Positions 37,741 to 51,206 of a stretch of DNA of 64,000 nucleotides are shown here, piece by piece (positions within the stretch are counted from its first letter, which is position 1; each line of letters starts with the position of its first letter). The notes below the pieces were generated by a model. It searched no databases, had not been told where the DNA came from, and saw only the letters and a list, made by a program, of their open reading frames with translations. The DNA comes from Fistulifera solaris (lineage: Eukaryota), in NCBI GenBank assembly GCA_030295235.1, contig AP026142.1, positions 620,001-684,000 on the forward strand, written 5' to 3'. A program made the translations under genes and the position numbers.

Positions 37741-39664
37741 ATGCTTGATGTGACAATGATTCGACAGCAATTGCTGGAGGTTGCTGGAGTGAGTCCTTCC
37801 TCGCATTGGCTGGAAGATTGTCGTACGGCTTTGCAAGTCAGCGGGCAAGGCACCAATGCCGACTCATATTTGTATCAAATTCTTTATCATGATCTCAGAG
37901 ATGTTGTACGAGAACTCGACCAGCAAGAGAATTACGGTCCTTTGTCGGAAGCCGCCATCGCCTTGCGACAGGCGCAAGCTCAATCGATGCAAGCGTCACA
38001 TCAATACAAAGCTTTACTATCTTCCTCCTTTCGTCTTTTGGTACAGCTAGAAGAGATCTTGGATGTCAGCGTCAATGCACAAGCGCGTTACGAAAACGGA
38101 CCCGCATCCAGTGCGTCTCCCACGCCCGTGGGCAATCAACAGAAACGGTGCCTGAAAATGGTATACTCAGACGGATACGACCATAACGAAATATTGGTGG
38201 CCGCCGAAACATCACCGATTCCTTCCCTTTCCGTGCAGTCCAGGGCGGGCTGTAAAGTCATTTTAAGCGGACCCATTCAATTTCGGCATGGTATAGCTCT
38301 GTGGAATAGTACCACCACCTTGGTTCTGGGTGGAGAAGTGGAAGCGCTGGTCCAAGTACAAAAGGCTGCTATTGAACAAGCCAAGCGGGTGGCAGGAGTA
38401 GGAATTGACCCAACAATTAAGGCTCTTTTATGGAATAATCATCAGCCGATAAGTGAAGATGGAGAACCACAAGGTACGATAGATCCTCCTTTTTCTTATG
38501 AGAAAGCGTAAATCGATTGTGTTTGCTTACTTGCTCTCTTTGTCCGCCCCCACAATCAGATGAAGCCGAGTTTGAAAGTCGGGATCTGCCTCTGTCCGTG
38601 CCTCCTACTTTGAATACAGGTACCGGAAACGGACCGCCGACTGTGCAAACTAGGAACGTTGCCCAACAAAGCAATCTGTCACGTCCTGGTCCAGTGACTC
38701 TGCCTACATCGCACGCGTCTTTCCCTTCGACGAGCCCAGTTCCTTTACCATCCGCACAAATAGGCAGCCTTCCTACTCATCCAACAATAGCTTCACCACA
38801 GCAACCTCCGTCAAATAATGTTACTGCCCTTCAAAGTTTTATTACTCAGTCGAATCGGTCCACTGAGCCAACACAATCGAGAAATCCTTACGCCAGCCAT
38901 CAAAGCAATCGACAAGAACATGCTCCTAGAAGTACCCACACGTCACCTGTCCCCTCGTCCAACTCTAAGAGCTACGTAGATCTCGTGGATTTGACCGACT
39001 CGGTGGAATCGCCACCAAATACTGATGATCTTGATACTGTTGAGGCTAATACCAATGGTGATGTGGAGATCTCTTTACAAATGACGACAAATGGTACAAA
39101 GGAAATCATACCCTACGATCAACTGCTGGACATCATTCAATTGGCGATCCGCGATCCAGATGCGTATCGACAAGCGTTTGGAGTGACGTGGAACGTGGAA
39201 TTGCAGCAAGTTGGTACCAAGGATTATTTCAATATTGAAAAACGAAAGAATCGTCCAAAAGAAGATGAGAAAAAGGTACGTTGGTTCGTCACAGCAAATG
39301 CTTGTTCGTTTTTTGGCGTGTCCCTCAACTTCGTGGTTGTCAGCACGAATACGTTGTTACCGCAAAGTTCAAAGGCCTCGGAGACGGTGCACCAATTACT
39401 TTTAAAATTGACTCCTCATCAATTGTAGAGCCGTACTTTCAACTGTCCCCATCGGATATGCGTCAACTCAACCGAGATGATAAACAACGAGCCAACACAT
39501 TGGTCCGGGAAGGAGGCAAACTACTTCAAGCCGACATGTATCAATTGCGGTTATATCAAGTATCATTACTCCTATCACCGGAAGAATTCTTTCAGGATAG
39601 AGCTGCATTAGCAACACTCGATGGGCAAACGCCACTACTGCTATTGGCCAAGAAGATGATGTGA
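37741..39664 (+). CDS. RMI1: RMI1-like OB-fold protein
   Basis: WLEDC..LYHDLRD, VQLEEILDVS, RCLKMVYSDG, GCKVIL..FRHGIAL..VLGGEVEAL match the RMI1 N-terminal OB pattern; introns near 38473-38559 and 39276-39343. Confidence 0.8.
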
Positions 39665-40394
39665 CTGCACTTTTGGCTATTCGCTGCGAACCCCATCGAT
39701 TACTCGCTTAGGTATTCGCTGTACAAAAATAACTTGGCTCGCTTCAAATCGCTTGTTTCTTAAAAAATCTACTAGTAGGTCGTACATTTTGCAGCACCAT
39801 GCATTTTCAATACTCCGTAGCTCTTTATAGGACAAAGGCCGGCTTCCGTCAATCGTTTTTAAACTCTCGTTTCGTGGTCTGCTTCATGGTCTCAGCAAGA
39901 AGAGTCAATCGAATTCGTTGCCGCAATCAAAGCATGAGTTGAACCGTTCGTCAATTTCTTGAGTTCGTCCTCCGATTTCTTTTTTGTTGTAGAGAAATGT
40001 GAGGCTCGTTGCGTGTCCGTCATAAAAAAGACAAAAGACTAATACTGGTACGCCTATGGTCGGTCTTGGACTTCAAGTCACTGGTTGAGACGGCACACGG
40101 CACTGCTTTCGGTCATGGGGTGAAGGTCATTGTGGTCAGTCTGGTCACTTTTGATATTATAAAATGAAAGGTGCGCGACAAAGGACATGGCAAAATCCAA
40201 CATGCAAACAGTACCGCCAGTTTTTGTCGTTTCACCAAGTCGCACGAACGAGAAGCCCGATCGTCTTTACACTGTCACTCTTGGCATCCGGTCCCGCTCA
40301 CGTATCCACTGTACAATATAAATGTTACTAAATTGTACAGCGGCACTCGTTCTCCAGGACTTCTTGCTGGCTCAGCTCAGCCAACCCGCAAAAC

Positions 40395-43300
40395 ATGCCT
40401 AAGCGGCAGCAGCGTCTCCCCCGAAACAGACGCATCATCATTCTATTACAAGGACTAATATACATCTCTAGCGTCAACAAAAGAAAAGATTACTGGAGTA
40501 AATGCTCTCTGCAAGATAATATGAAAACACTATCACTAGGTTCGACTAGCGAGAACGCGGCGAACAACGGTAATGTTGGGAAAGATCTCACGTCGTCGAA
40601 CACAACGACGACGTCGCAACGAAGGCGGACCGTTTCGTTTACTTCCGGAAAGATTGACTGGCACAAAGACATTTCGTATGCCGTCAAATCCGGTCGCTTT
40701 GAAACGGTGCGAGGTCATTTGAGTCTACAGCTGTCGGTTTCTTCGAATACGTCATCCGAAAGTAACCGCCACGACGAGAGTCATAAAAATGGGTCAAAGG
40801 GAGGTTTTTGGAGTCGATTATCCGGATTAAGTTTCATTGACAGCTCCAAAGATAGCACAGGACTACTAACACTTGACGAGGATGGTAGAACGCCGCTTCA
40901 TGTCGCGTTAACCAGTCGGCGGACGCCTCCGGATGTGATTTTGTCCATGATTCGAGTCGAACCGAAAGCTGTGGCGGTGGCCAATGGACGAGGAAGATTT
41001 CCATTACACTTTGCCGTGGTTCATAAACAACACATAAAGGTTATTGCCGAGCTGATTGATACATTTCCGGCGGCTCTGTCCGCTCAGGATACCAAAGACA
41101 TGTCGCCCTTGGCGTACGCTCTAGATGGTGCCCGTCGGGAAACAAATTTAAGTGAAGCTCCTTCCACATTTTGGATGCCCGTGACAGATGATTCCGTGGA
41201 AGCGCGATGGCAAGAAGAGCAGGGAGAAAGGTGGGGAATCGTTCACTGGTTGCTTCTGTCGTCGGCGACATATCCGCAAACCAGTTTGTCGGTGGGGGTA
41301 AAAAACCAATGCTGGTCGATGCATTGATTTATGCGGCTCCGCCTGCGGTAATATCCTTGCTGATAGGCGCTTCGGTGGTGCTCTTGTCACATGCCAATCG
41401 AGCCACGGCATTTGCCGGATCGACATTGTATTCCTGTATTGCCCGACACTATCCATTGACGATTCTGATGAGTCTGGTCTCCCAGTGCCCGAAAGATGTA
41501 CACAAAGTTCGAGATGAGACCGGGATGGGCTTGATCTCATCGCAGTTCATTTCGGGCTGCTTCAAACAAAATAGAAAAACGCACGAATGGAGTGTTTCGG
41601 GAGCGCTATACTCTACACTGTTAGAAGCGATAGACGACGAGTTTTTGCGAGATGATGATCTTGCGTTTTTGGATTGGTGGAAAAGATTGAATACCTGATA
41701 GCGTTCAGTACGGGTGTCAACAACCCCGAAAAATTTCCCAAAAATCATTTACTACATGCCGCTTTGAAGAATATCGACACGCCTCCCTTGGTTGTTCGAA
41801 TGTTGTTGGCTTTGTATCCGCAGTCCATACAATTACTCGACCAAGAAACACTTGCACATCCACTATACATTGCGGCTTCGAGGCCTGAGTACATCCCCCG
41901 CAAATACGAAGTCGAAATGTGCGGCAGAGAAAGTATTCTTGAAATTGTCCTTTCTCACGAAAAACGTCTGATCAACAAGCGGCACGAACTTAGGTTACCC
42001 ATTCACGCAGCAATCGGTTCGGGAAGAGTATATTCCGACTACAGATGCTTAGTTACGTCGCGTCCGGAGTTTCTTCTGCAACGTGATCCTGAAACAGGTC
42101 TATATCCGTTCCTCCAGGCCGCTGCCGTGCGTCAAAAACTAGGGCATTTTCGATTGGCTTGTGTAGCCCGAAACAAATATTCATATGCTGAATGGACGAA
42201 TATGTCTGATTTGGAAAAGGCGAATGCTATTCAACAAGTGACGGAAGAAGAGGATCGGGCTTTATTTGAAAGTATCTACCAGTTGCTACGGTTAGAACCG
42301 TCTGTTGTAGAACGTCTGCATATATTGCGACGACGCCCTCCAATAGAAGGTCAAAACATGCAAAGCACGGATATGGTATCATCCCACTTCATTTTCTGGT
42401 TGTACGAAGAGAATGAGATGGGAAAATGGATTACAAACGAGACACACAGTCAACTTCTTCAAAAGATTCTTGACGGATCTGTGTCTCTTGCTGAACTTCC
42501 CGCTCCATGGGAGTCTTGGTGGGCGATAATGAAGGACTGTATACGAGAGTGCTGTCCGAACAAGCTTCCAAATGATAATCGAAAACTTTCCATTCCAGGT
42601 GACGATGACCAATATTTACTGCATGCTGCTCTCTTGAACTGTGACACACCACCTCCGGTTGTGTCGATACTTCTAACATTTTATCCTCTGGCGGCATCGA
42701 TGTGTCTACCCGGAACTTCGTTGCTACCATTACACATTGCCGCCTGGACTACTAATTACGCCTCAAGAAGCTTCGAAATTTGTGGACCACAATCACTGGA
42801 ACTTGTCAGTATTGCGAATCCAGATGCAGCATCCAAAAAAGCAGACGGTTTCCTCCCCCTTCATATAGCTATTCGCAGCGGAAAAACTGGAGTTGCTTTC
42901 GCGAGCTGGTGAATGTTTACCCTGAAAGTATGTATGAAAAGGATCCTATTACAGATTTGTATCCTTTTCAACTCGTCGCGATGGATAGGGATATGACACC
43001 TAATCTTAGATGCTACTTTCAACGCGCGGCTCGAAATAAGTATGGCGACTCCACATGGAAAGCGCTGACGCCTTTTCACCAATCAAAGCAAATCCGACAG
43101 CTACAGCAGAAAAACAAAAGAGCCGTTCTGGATACGTTATTTGAAATGCTTCGGAAAAGCGCTTCGATCGTGGAGAATTTGATGAATAGTACTGTTGAGA
43201 AGGGAATGGCTTTCGACGTGCAACCGAAAGTGCCAGTGTTTGCACAATCTCAAGCCGCACTAACCGCCCTAGAAAGTAACTACGACGATAAAGGTGGCTG

Positions 43301-45542
43301 GGATACCTCAGAAAATGAAACATTTGCGGACGGGACTGAGTTCTCGGACGATGGGGATGGAAGTGTCACCACAGCAACACATTCTGTCGATGACACGTCG
43401 TCCATCTTACAGCGTAGAACACAGTCGCTGATGAAGCACCTAACACGTAGTAAATCACAACGGGGAAAGGCGGATGTATTTGAATGCGATACGTCGGTTC
43501 TATCGAATGTCGATGTCTTATCAGTCATGTCTAGCTCCCTACATACTGGACGAGGGGAACATGCCCAGAGAACTGCGAGTCAGCGGCGATTGATGGGACT
43601 AGATTCCGGCATGAGCGCTGTTCAATGTCAGGAAGGGTCACAATCGGAATCAGACTTCGGGGGCAGCGATCACTCAGACCTATCTTACGTGGGAAACGAG
43701 GAATCGTCTAGTACAGCAGAGTTTGCGGAGGAATCTTTGTCGGATATCAAAGTCTCTGATATGGGCGGGTTGAAGGATGGTAGGGGGGATGATGGATACC
43801 CTCCTTCGCACAGTAGAAGTAAAGTAGATCCATCATCAGACGATAATATGAATGAAGACGAGGATGAAGATCTGATTGTTACGTTTATCGTAAGACGACA
43901 GCCGAGATTTAAGACAAGGAATGATCGCGACGTGAAGCTTTCGGTGAAACTTAGTAAAAAAAACAAACAGGTCGGAACTTAGTTTTTCGGCTCATGGAAA
44001 GCCTACCATTGGTGCAGATGCGCAACGAATATTACAGGCTTCTTCGCATTCGGTGAGCAGCTACCGCTCCATGGACACGGAAGCAAAAAATAAGTTGCAG
44101 GAGAAAAAAGGGCAGTTATGGACTTCAAATCAGCTTACTCAGTATAATAATGCACTGGCAGCCATGAACCAGTCATTAACTGAATCTAGCGGTGTAACAT
44201 TCCAGGACCCGACAGAGGGCAGTCTCGAGGATGACATAATTGGAACGAAAGAACTCTTACTTGGGGCTTTGGATGATTCCGAAGAAGTTGGTCTTCCAAT
44301 CGCGACTCCTTCATTGAACAAAAAGAAATCTAATATGGGAGGACTATCCAGGAGCACCAGCGACGACAGGCAGCAAAAACTGCCTGGTATCGCAGCTTAT
44401 CTGTCATCATCAAAGTCGCAGCTGACGAAGGGGAAAGAAGATACATCTGTGTTTTCCAACACCCCATCCACTTTGTCTTTTCTGGCAGATGGTTCACAGT
44501 ATGCTGAAGCTAGCACTGATCGATCGAGTGTTATGGCTACAGATATTGATAACACTTCGTTTTCTAACTCGTTCAACGACCTCAATGCATCAGATCCCTG
44601 TCGTTTAAACCCCGACGGCAGTTTCTCTAGCGGTACACGGGCTCTGGACGTCAGCGCAACATTCTCCATACCTGAAGATAATGAAGAAGTCATTTCAGAA
44701 CAAGATAAAGGCGTGTCGTCGTCTTCTTCTCAAACCTCAACAGAAGGTCCAACTACACCGCATGATCTTAGCATCACATGGACGCGCAATTCGACAGCTG
44801 TTGCAAGGAAAACGGCTGTTAGCTCAGAACAACCGATATTGAAAGCCGATCTTATTGCCATGGATGATCTAGTTCAAATATCCGAATTGGAGAACAAGCA
44901 GCCTAGTCCCGGAGAGGGGAGAAATCTTCGCGAAGTAGACCCAATCGCTCTTGCTCTCGACAAGAAAGCCGTGAATCGAGTAATCCGCGAAGACGCCGAA
45001 GCGCACCATGCAGTTATCGCCAACGCAGAAGTCCAGCACGGTAACGCCTCGCTTTCGGTGAAAACGGGCAATTTTCAACAAAATCAAATGTACTTCGACA
45101 AGAAAGCGATGCGATGGAGGGTACGCTCTGACGCCAGCGAGGGGATTCAGTCTCCGCCTATTGTCGATATTTTGAAGCCGAGTCAAACGTCGAAGCAGTC
45201 GCACTCAACAAGGCCAAGCAAGTCGCCCCGCGTTGGTATGCCATTTGTCGATGTCATGACTAGAGACGAAATCAAACGTCGCAACGCAAACCTCATGATG
45301 CGTGGCGTCCAAAAACTAAGACACCAAGCAATCGTGAGTTGCGTAGTCAATGGCGACACATGTTTGATGTCGCGGAAAAGAAACTGGGCTGTCTCCTTTG
45401 CGACAATAATAGCAGGGAGGTTCTAATGGTACCTTGCAGGCACCTCGCTATTTGCAGAAAATGCTCCTCCAAGAATAAGCACATTTCGTCTTGTCCACTT
45501 TGCAGTAAGCCCTCCACCGACAGAATGATACTCTTCCAGTAA
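40395..45542 (+). CDS. large ankyrin-like repeat protein with C-terminal RING finger (frameshifted)
   Basis: DGRTPLHVAL, GRFPLHFAV, LPLHIA, DPETGLYPF repeats; Ser-rich middle; CLLC..PCRHLAICRKC..CPLC (IAP-type RING). True start may be ATG 40521. Confidence 0.75.
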
Positions 45543-45733
45543 AAAACACAATCTCAGTTGGTGATCACAAGAAATTGCGAGTCATCTTTAACCATGCTAG
45601 ATCCATTCATAGAATAGAACTCATAGATAGCTCTTTGATGAGTTGTCGTGTTTACCTCCTCATTACTGTGCATCGAACTACTTATGACATTATGATCTTC
45701 GTAGTATCATGTTAATTTAGTTGAGAACGGTCG

Positions 45734-48226
45734 TTACATACTCTCGCGAACAAGTCCTAGCAGTTGCTGCGCTTCCTCCACCAAAGCCTCGCTAAAAGTA
45801 GACGACCTGGCACACATTTCCAAACAATCTATTTGCTTTTCCCCGGAAAGCCTCTTCTTGTACTCTGCGGACTCGGTGACCATAGCAACTAAAATGTCGA
45901 TACAAGTCGAGGCAATAGCTTCTGACCACTGATAGTTTCTCATAGTTTCCACGAGATCATCCACAATTTCCGACTGACCACTTCGCGCTTCTACCAAAAG
46001 ATGGATCGACTCACATACTTGCTCCTCCAAGGATTGATCTTCAGCCGAGGATATTTGGATGCGCTCGATTAAAAGCATGGCATCGGTCCTGGCGCCTGCA
46101 AATTCCTGCGCTTTCATGAGAAGCTCGAGCATTGACTCGCTCTTGGATATCATTCGAAGATTGGATTGCTCGAAAGAAAGATTTTTCAAAGCGAAGCAAG
46201 CACTAGCCTGAACTGTCGCGTCTTGTTGATGCTCTCTCATCGCCGCTTCAATTACCATGATAGTACTTCTGTCCACCTGAGAAACATTTTGATTTACGAC
46301 GTCCACTGCCAGGTTGGATAACAAAGAGCAACCATCTGTTTGAATAGAGACCGACATCATGTTGCAGTGCATCACTTCCACCACAGTTTCAGAGATGCCG
46401 AGTTCATCCATTCGTTTGGCACCTTCTCTGTCGCAGGAGAGCGCCCGCAGAGCCTTGATTGCAAACGCCACCATTTTCTCTTCAGCCAGATATCGATGCA
46501 GAGCGCTATCGATCAAGGTACACGCTCCTTCTTGAAGCAGCATGGCTCTAGTATTCTCCCGCAATGCCAAGTTGGCCAGGGCCTCCAGACTCCTTTCTTG
46601 CACGCATAGCGTATTAGGAAAGTTATTCATCGCCGCCGTGATACTTTTGTGACCATTCGCCGTGAAGAGTCGCGTGCAGTCCACCGAAGTGTCGGCAGAA
46701 AGTTCGGCAATACGACCAATACAAAGACACTGAATATCTTGTACCGTGACATGCGAGTCCATGGACTCGATCAAGACGTCAATGATCAGCTCGGGATCTT
46801 GTACATCTATCATATCCGCCAGCAAATTCTCCACATTGCCAAGAGAGGCATTGTCCAAAGAGGGCGAAGTGGACTGCCGAATGTACTCTTCGTCACTTTC
46901 AAAGCTCCCCATGGAACCGGTTGAGTTTGTGCGAATTGATAAATGCCGCGAGACTTCCGGGCGCTTCACCACAGACGGATTGCGCGTCGCCCGACGTCTG
47001 GTTGGCACGCTGACAGGATTTCGGATCTGTATATGACTTTCTTCGGAAGTCGAAGGCAATTCCGTCAATTCGGAAGAGAAACTATCTTCGAGAGACTTTC
47101 GGGTCGGAAAGCGTCGACCTCGCACGGGTCTTCGGCATCCGTCATCGGAATTATCGGTGGGGTCCGTTTGATTCAGCGACAAATTTCTTCTGTTCATGTT
47201 GTGATTAGAGACTTCTTCGAGCGAAGCTTGCGAATCCACTTTGAACGAAGGATGCCCCGAGAAAGAGTCGGCGGAATCGACGCTACGGAAACTTGAGTGA
47301 CCGTCGACTTGAAAGCTCCGGTGACTCGATTGCCGAGCACCCAAGCTATTTTGACTCGAATATCGATCCTTGAACGAATCTTGTTGAAATGAGTGACAGG
47401 AACCCAAAGAGCCGATGCTACGGAAACTCAATTCTCGATCTGTCGCGCTGAGTCGACCAGGCCGACCGGAATTGAAGTTCCGCAGACTGGATTGTCGTTC
47501 CATGACAGTATCGCGGTTGCTTCCTTCAACTTCCTGACTCGCCAAGCTCGATTGTCGACCTTGTACGGGCGATCGGACAATTTGTCGTGGGATGCCGCCG
47601 TGCGGACTTCGTATGTGACCCGATGCCGTGTATTCCCTTCGCGGCATTCCCTTGGAAGCCGAATGAAACGAATCTTGTCTCGCTTCGGCCGTCCGTGGAC
47701 TTATACAAGATTCGCTGACCGCACGATCCACCGTTCGACCCGCTGCGGGTGGAGCTTGCACCGTGATAAAGTTTTTCGAAGGGGACGCGAAGGAAGCCGC
47801 GGACGTCGTCGAAGCAAACGACCGCGTCGAAGCATCTGATTTCCCCGACCAATTCGATACCTCGGATTTACCCGATCGGCCCGAATGATCGGACTCCTTC
47901 TGCAAGGCATCTTTCCGCGTGAGTTCCCGTTTATTGTGGTCTCGATTGAGTGCAGGATTACACTTGACACACCACCCGTTGAGACTTTGACCTTCAATTG
48001 TTTGCGGTTTCTTTTGAATCCAGAGTGGATTTAACCGCGATTTCTTGATTTCGAATAGTTTCGAAGGAGTCCCCGGACACGTCAAGCAATAACCTTCTTT
48101 CTCTCGAATCGCGCGTTTCTTCTCTTTCGAAATAATTCTCCCCGTTTTGTCGAGTGAACTGGCTTGATAGGAAAGCTCGTAGGGATCGTGCCCGGACCCT
48201 GATATTATTACATCGGCGTGACTCAT
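45734..48226 (-). CDS. armadillo-repeat protein with N-terminal Cys4 motif
   Basis: Intact 830-aa ORF; CLTC..CVKC; Ser-rich linker; ARM-like GCSLLSNLA and ACFALKNLS. Confidence 0.8.
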   Translation of the reverse strand: MSHADVIISGSGHDPYELSYQASSLDKTGRIISKEKKRAIREKEGYCLTCPGTPSKLFEIKKSRLNPLWIQKKPQTIEGQSLNGWCVKCNPALNRDHNKRELTRKDALQKESDHSGRSGKSEVSNWSGKSDASTRSFASTTSAASFASPSKNFITVQAPPAAGRTVDRAVSESCISPRTAEARQDSFHSASKGMPRREYTASGHIRSPHGGIPRQIVRSPVQGRQSSLASQEVEGSNRDTVMERQSSLRNFNSGRPGRLSATDRELSFRSIGSLGSCHSFQQDSFKDRYSSQNSLGARQSSHRSFQVDGHSSFRSVDSADSFSGHPSFKVDSQASLEEVSNHNMNRRNLSLNQTDPTDNSDDGCRRPVRGRRFPTRKSLEDSFSSELTELPSTSEESHIQIRNPVSVPTRRRATRNPSVVKRPEVSRHLSIRTNSTGSMGSFESDEEYIRQSTSPSLDNASLGNVENLLADMIDVQDPELIIDVLIESMDSHVTVQDIQCLCIGRIAELSADTSVDCTRLFTANGHKSITAAMNNFPNTLCVQERSLEALANLALRENTRAMLLQEGACTLIDSALHRYLAEEKMVAFAIKALRALSCDREGAKRMDELGISETVVEVMHCNMMSVSIQTDGCSLLSNLAVDVVNQNVSQVDRSTIMVIEAAMREHQQDATVQASACFALKNLSFEQSNLRMISKSESMLELLMKAQEFAGARTDAMLLIERIQISSAEDQSLEEQVCESIHLLVEARSGQSEIVDDLVETMRNYQWSEAIASTCIDILVAMVTESAEYKKRLSGEKQIDCLEMCARSSTFSEALVEEAQQLLGLVRESM

Positions 48227-48916
48227 TACTGTTTTCTATCTTTTGTTGGTTAGGAATGAAGAAAGTTAAGTTAATGTTGAATGTTAACAGAACGGCAACG
48301 ATAACGACGAGGGGCGGGGGAGTAAAACGATCGAGGTCCATAAAATAAAACCAGGTACCGTATGCAACTGTGGGAGTTCTAACGACAAGAAATCGCGAAA
48401 AAGACGAGCCAGCGGGAGAGTTTTTAGTTTGCCCAGAGTCTTTGAGGAATTCCAATGAACACTGTATTATACATTAAATAAATTTAGCTAGGTAGTATAT
48501 GACATGGTGTAGGCTTGTGGTCATCGCTTATCGGTCATTTCCCCAGACTCCGTGCTGTGTACAATAGGATTATAGACTTCTTGTGGTAACGGACGGTCAG
48601 TGATTAGTAACACTTAATAGTGCAAAAAGACATAGAGTATGTGACTAAGAGATGGACATCATTGTATCTTTATGCGGGCTGGATTTTTTTTACGAAGCGT
48701 CGAGCCCAGAGCCCCCAGCGGCCATGTCGTTCCCACAAATTAGAAAATACCGTGGCTTTTGTGATCCAATGACAAGAGAGCCAGAGACAACAGTTGGAAA
48801 GCTTTAGAAAATGGATTTTTTGTCATGAAAATGGTTTTAAATTACCAAGTTGGTATGCGTCTCAATTCATCGCGCAGAAATGAAAGCACAATCTTCCACA
48901 AACTAAACTGGACGCA

Positions 48917-50997
48917 TCAATCGCGACTCGAATCCAATCCTTTACGAGATCGTGGACGTGATTCCTTTTTCCGTGAAGTTCTTCGGTCGCGAGAGTCTAC
49001 GGAATAGCTCCCTGACGAAGAGGAGGAGCTATAATGTCGCCTCTTTTTTCTTCGAGAATACGAAGACCTGCTGGACGACGATGAAGAGCTATGGGAGCTT
49101 CTACTGGAATGGGAACTGCTTGATGACCCCAATGATGACGAGGAGGAGGACGACGACGAGGAAGAAGATGACGAGGAGGAGCTGCTGGAACTTGACGACG
49201 ACGATGTTGAGGTTGATGAGTCATCCTCGTTCTTTGCTTGTTGCAGTTGGCTTGCTTGTGCCATAATGATCTTCGGCGCATTCTTTAGAAAATCACGCAA
49301 ATCATCGGTAAGTGGGCCTAGCCCAATCGAAGTAAAGAAATTGATTGCGTAACGTGTATTTCGAACATTGTCTTTCGAAAACATCCCCGAATACCAGCTT
49401 TGTTGTTCAGGATCTTGCGTTTCGAATCGTTGCTTCAGTTTTGCGATACCCAACGCTTCGGCGATTTCTTGAATTAGAATTTTGATAAAAATTCGACTTG
49501 ATGACGTTGTTTCCTCTTCGTTAATGCGAATCGTCGACAAGACACTCCACGGCATGGCATCTGAGTGAAGTAAATGCGCAAAGACCTTGGCGACATTTCG
49601 CAACTTATTTGTTTCCAGTCGATGAATCGTGTTATATTGGGAAATGAATGCTGCCATAAATGCGTCTCTCCAGCGATCATCCATAAGACAAAACCTGGCG
49701 GAGATCAGACCGTAATAACGTAGAAATGTGCGTTCCTGAGAGCAACACTCAATCAACATGTTTACTAACTCCTCCTCACGACCAGCAGGTATATTAATTC
49801 TCGCAAGCTTGTGAGCGCATTCCTCAAAAGTAGCACTCGACATGATTGTCAAGTAAATCGTACGGCGCAAATGAACGAGATCAGCTTCTGAGAGGTCGTG
49901 CACGACCAATTGATTTGCCGTAGGTGCTACTTCTTCTCTCCCTTGGTCATCAATTCCATCTTGGGATTCATCATCGTTACTTTCGTCGTTTTCACTATCA
50001 TCCGTTTCGCTCTCGCCATCATCGTCACTGTTAAGTCCTAATATCTCCGCTTTAATTTTGCTCCACACTTTCTCGTTCTCTAAGTATTGCGAATCCAAGT
50101 CAAAGATATCAAGATGATCATCGCGCTTGATATCAGGATCATCCAAATCAATTTCGAAGGTGATTTGATCACTTTCTTCAACGAGATCCAAGTCATCAGA
50201 AATAGGATTCTCAAGATCACGGAAACCATTCTTTCGCATGGCCAACAAGTGTTCCATTTTGACCTCAACGCGTTTGCTGAGACCGCCTTCGTGAAGAAGA
50301 GCTCTCAACCTCTCCAAGACCGCTCGCACGCCCGCCGGAGACACTTCCAGTAGCGTGCGGCCTGTCGTTGTCAATAACTGAATCGCCACTTCGACAGAAT
50401 CATCGGTCGGATCTCCATCCAGTAAGACGGATAGAATCTGCAACAAAACCAGTTCGTGTACTACCGACTGATGGAATAAATGACCGAGAAAAACAGCAAC
50501 TGCAGAACAATTTGCCTTTTCTCGTCTTCGGAAATGTCTCCTGAACGCAAGGATCGTGCGATTCACCACCAACTCCCCCACTTCCGGCAACTTGCTGTTG
50601 ATGACAGCCAAAAGGAAGCATATACGGGAGCGTACACAGGAGCACTCACAGCTGCTAAAAGCAACGACTTTGCAAGAACCCCACGGAGACGAATCAAGTT
50701 GACCTTCTCCATAATCTCATGAATGAGAGGTTTCAACGTTGTGGCATTCAATCGATTGATGGTTCCGTGAATCACACGCGTTTGCTCTTCCCACGTACTC
50801 CTTTGAATGTGAAGACTGTCTGGCGCTTCCGCCGCATCTTTCAAGGCTTGCTGACGCTCCAGTTCCAGCTGACGGCGTTTTGCGGGTGGAATGTACACGC
50901 CATCTTCGGCTGCCGCCATCAAGCTGCGCTTGTTGCAGCCCATGTGTTCCTCGGGTCGCTGACTCTCGTTGGCCGTTTCTTTCGGGCTTCCGGCCAT
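48917..50997 (-). CDS. CWC22: pre-mRNA splicing factor CWC22
   Basis: GVYIPPAK, NLIRLRGVLAKS, PTDDSVEVAI, RRTIYLTIMSS, ECCSQERT, SSSRIFIKIL, RYAINFFTSIGLG; one frameshift near 50610. Confidence 0.93.
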
Positions 50998-51154
50998 TTC
51001 TTGAGGACGAGTGCTTTGCTTTTGACAAATGCTCTATATCTCTCGACGGTTTAGTTTGCCAGAGACAACAACGAAGGCGGAAAATCGAATCGCAGTGATG
51101 CTAACAACACAAAGGGGCAAAGGAGTGTGTCAAGCTGATGGTATACCAGACGGA

Positions 51155-51206
51155 CTATAGGTCGAAAGTGTTGTCCGTTCTTCTCCACGACTAGACTCAG
51201 TCATGA
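51155..51206 (+). promoter_or_regulatory. bipartite intergenic element, full copy
   Basis: CTATA-GGTCG-AAAGTGTT-N13-CACGACTA-GAC-TCAGTCATGA. Confidence 0.65.

Noticed and set aside
18738..39664. Functional DNA-repair cluster (MSH2 and RMI1)
   Set aside because: They are 16 kb apart with unrelated genes between; no sign of co-regulation.
40096..40118. Weak dyad look-alike CGGCACTGCTTTCGGTCATGG (another near 29500)
   Set aside because: Too many mismatches or indels and no left box.
49000..49240. GAC/GAG-rich low-complexity repeat
   Set aside because: It is the poly-Ser C-terminal tail of CWC22 on the minus strand.
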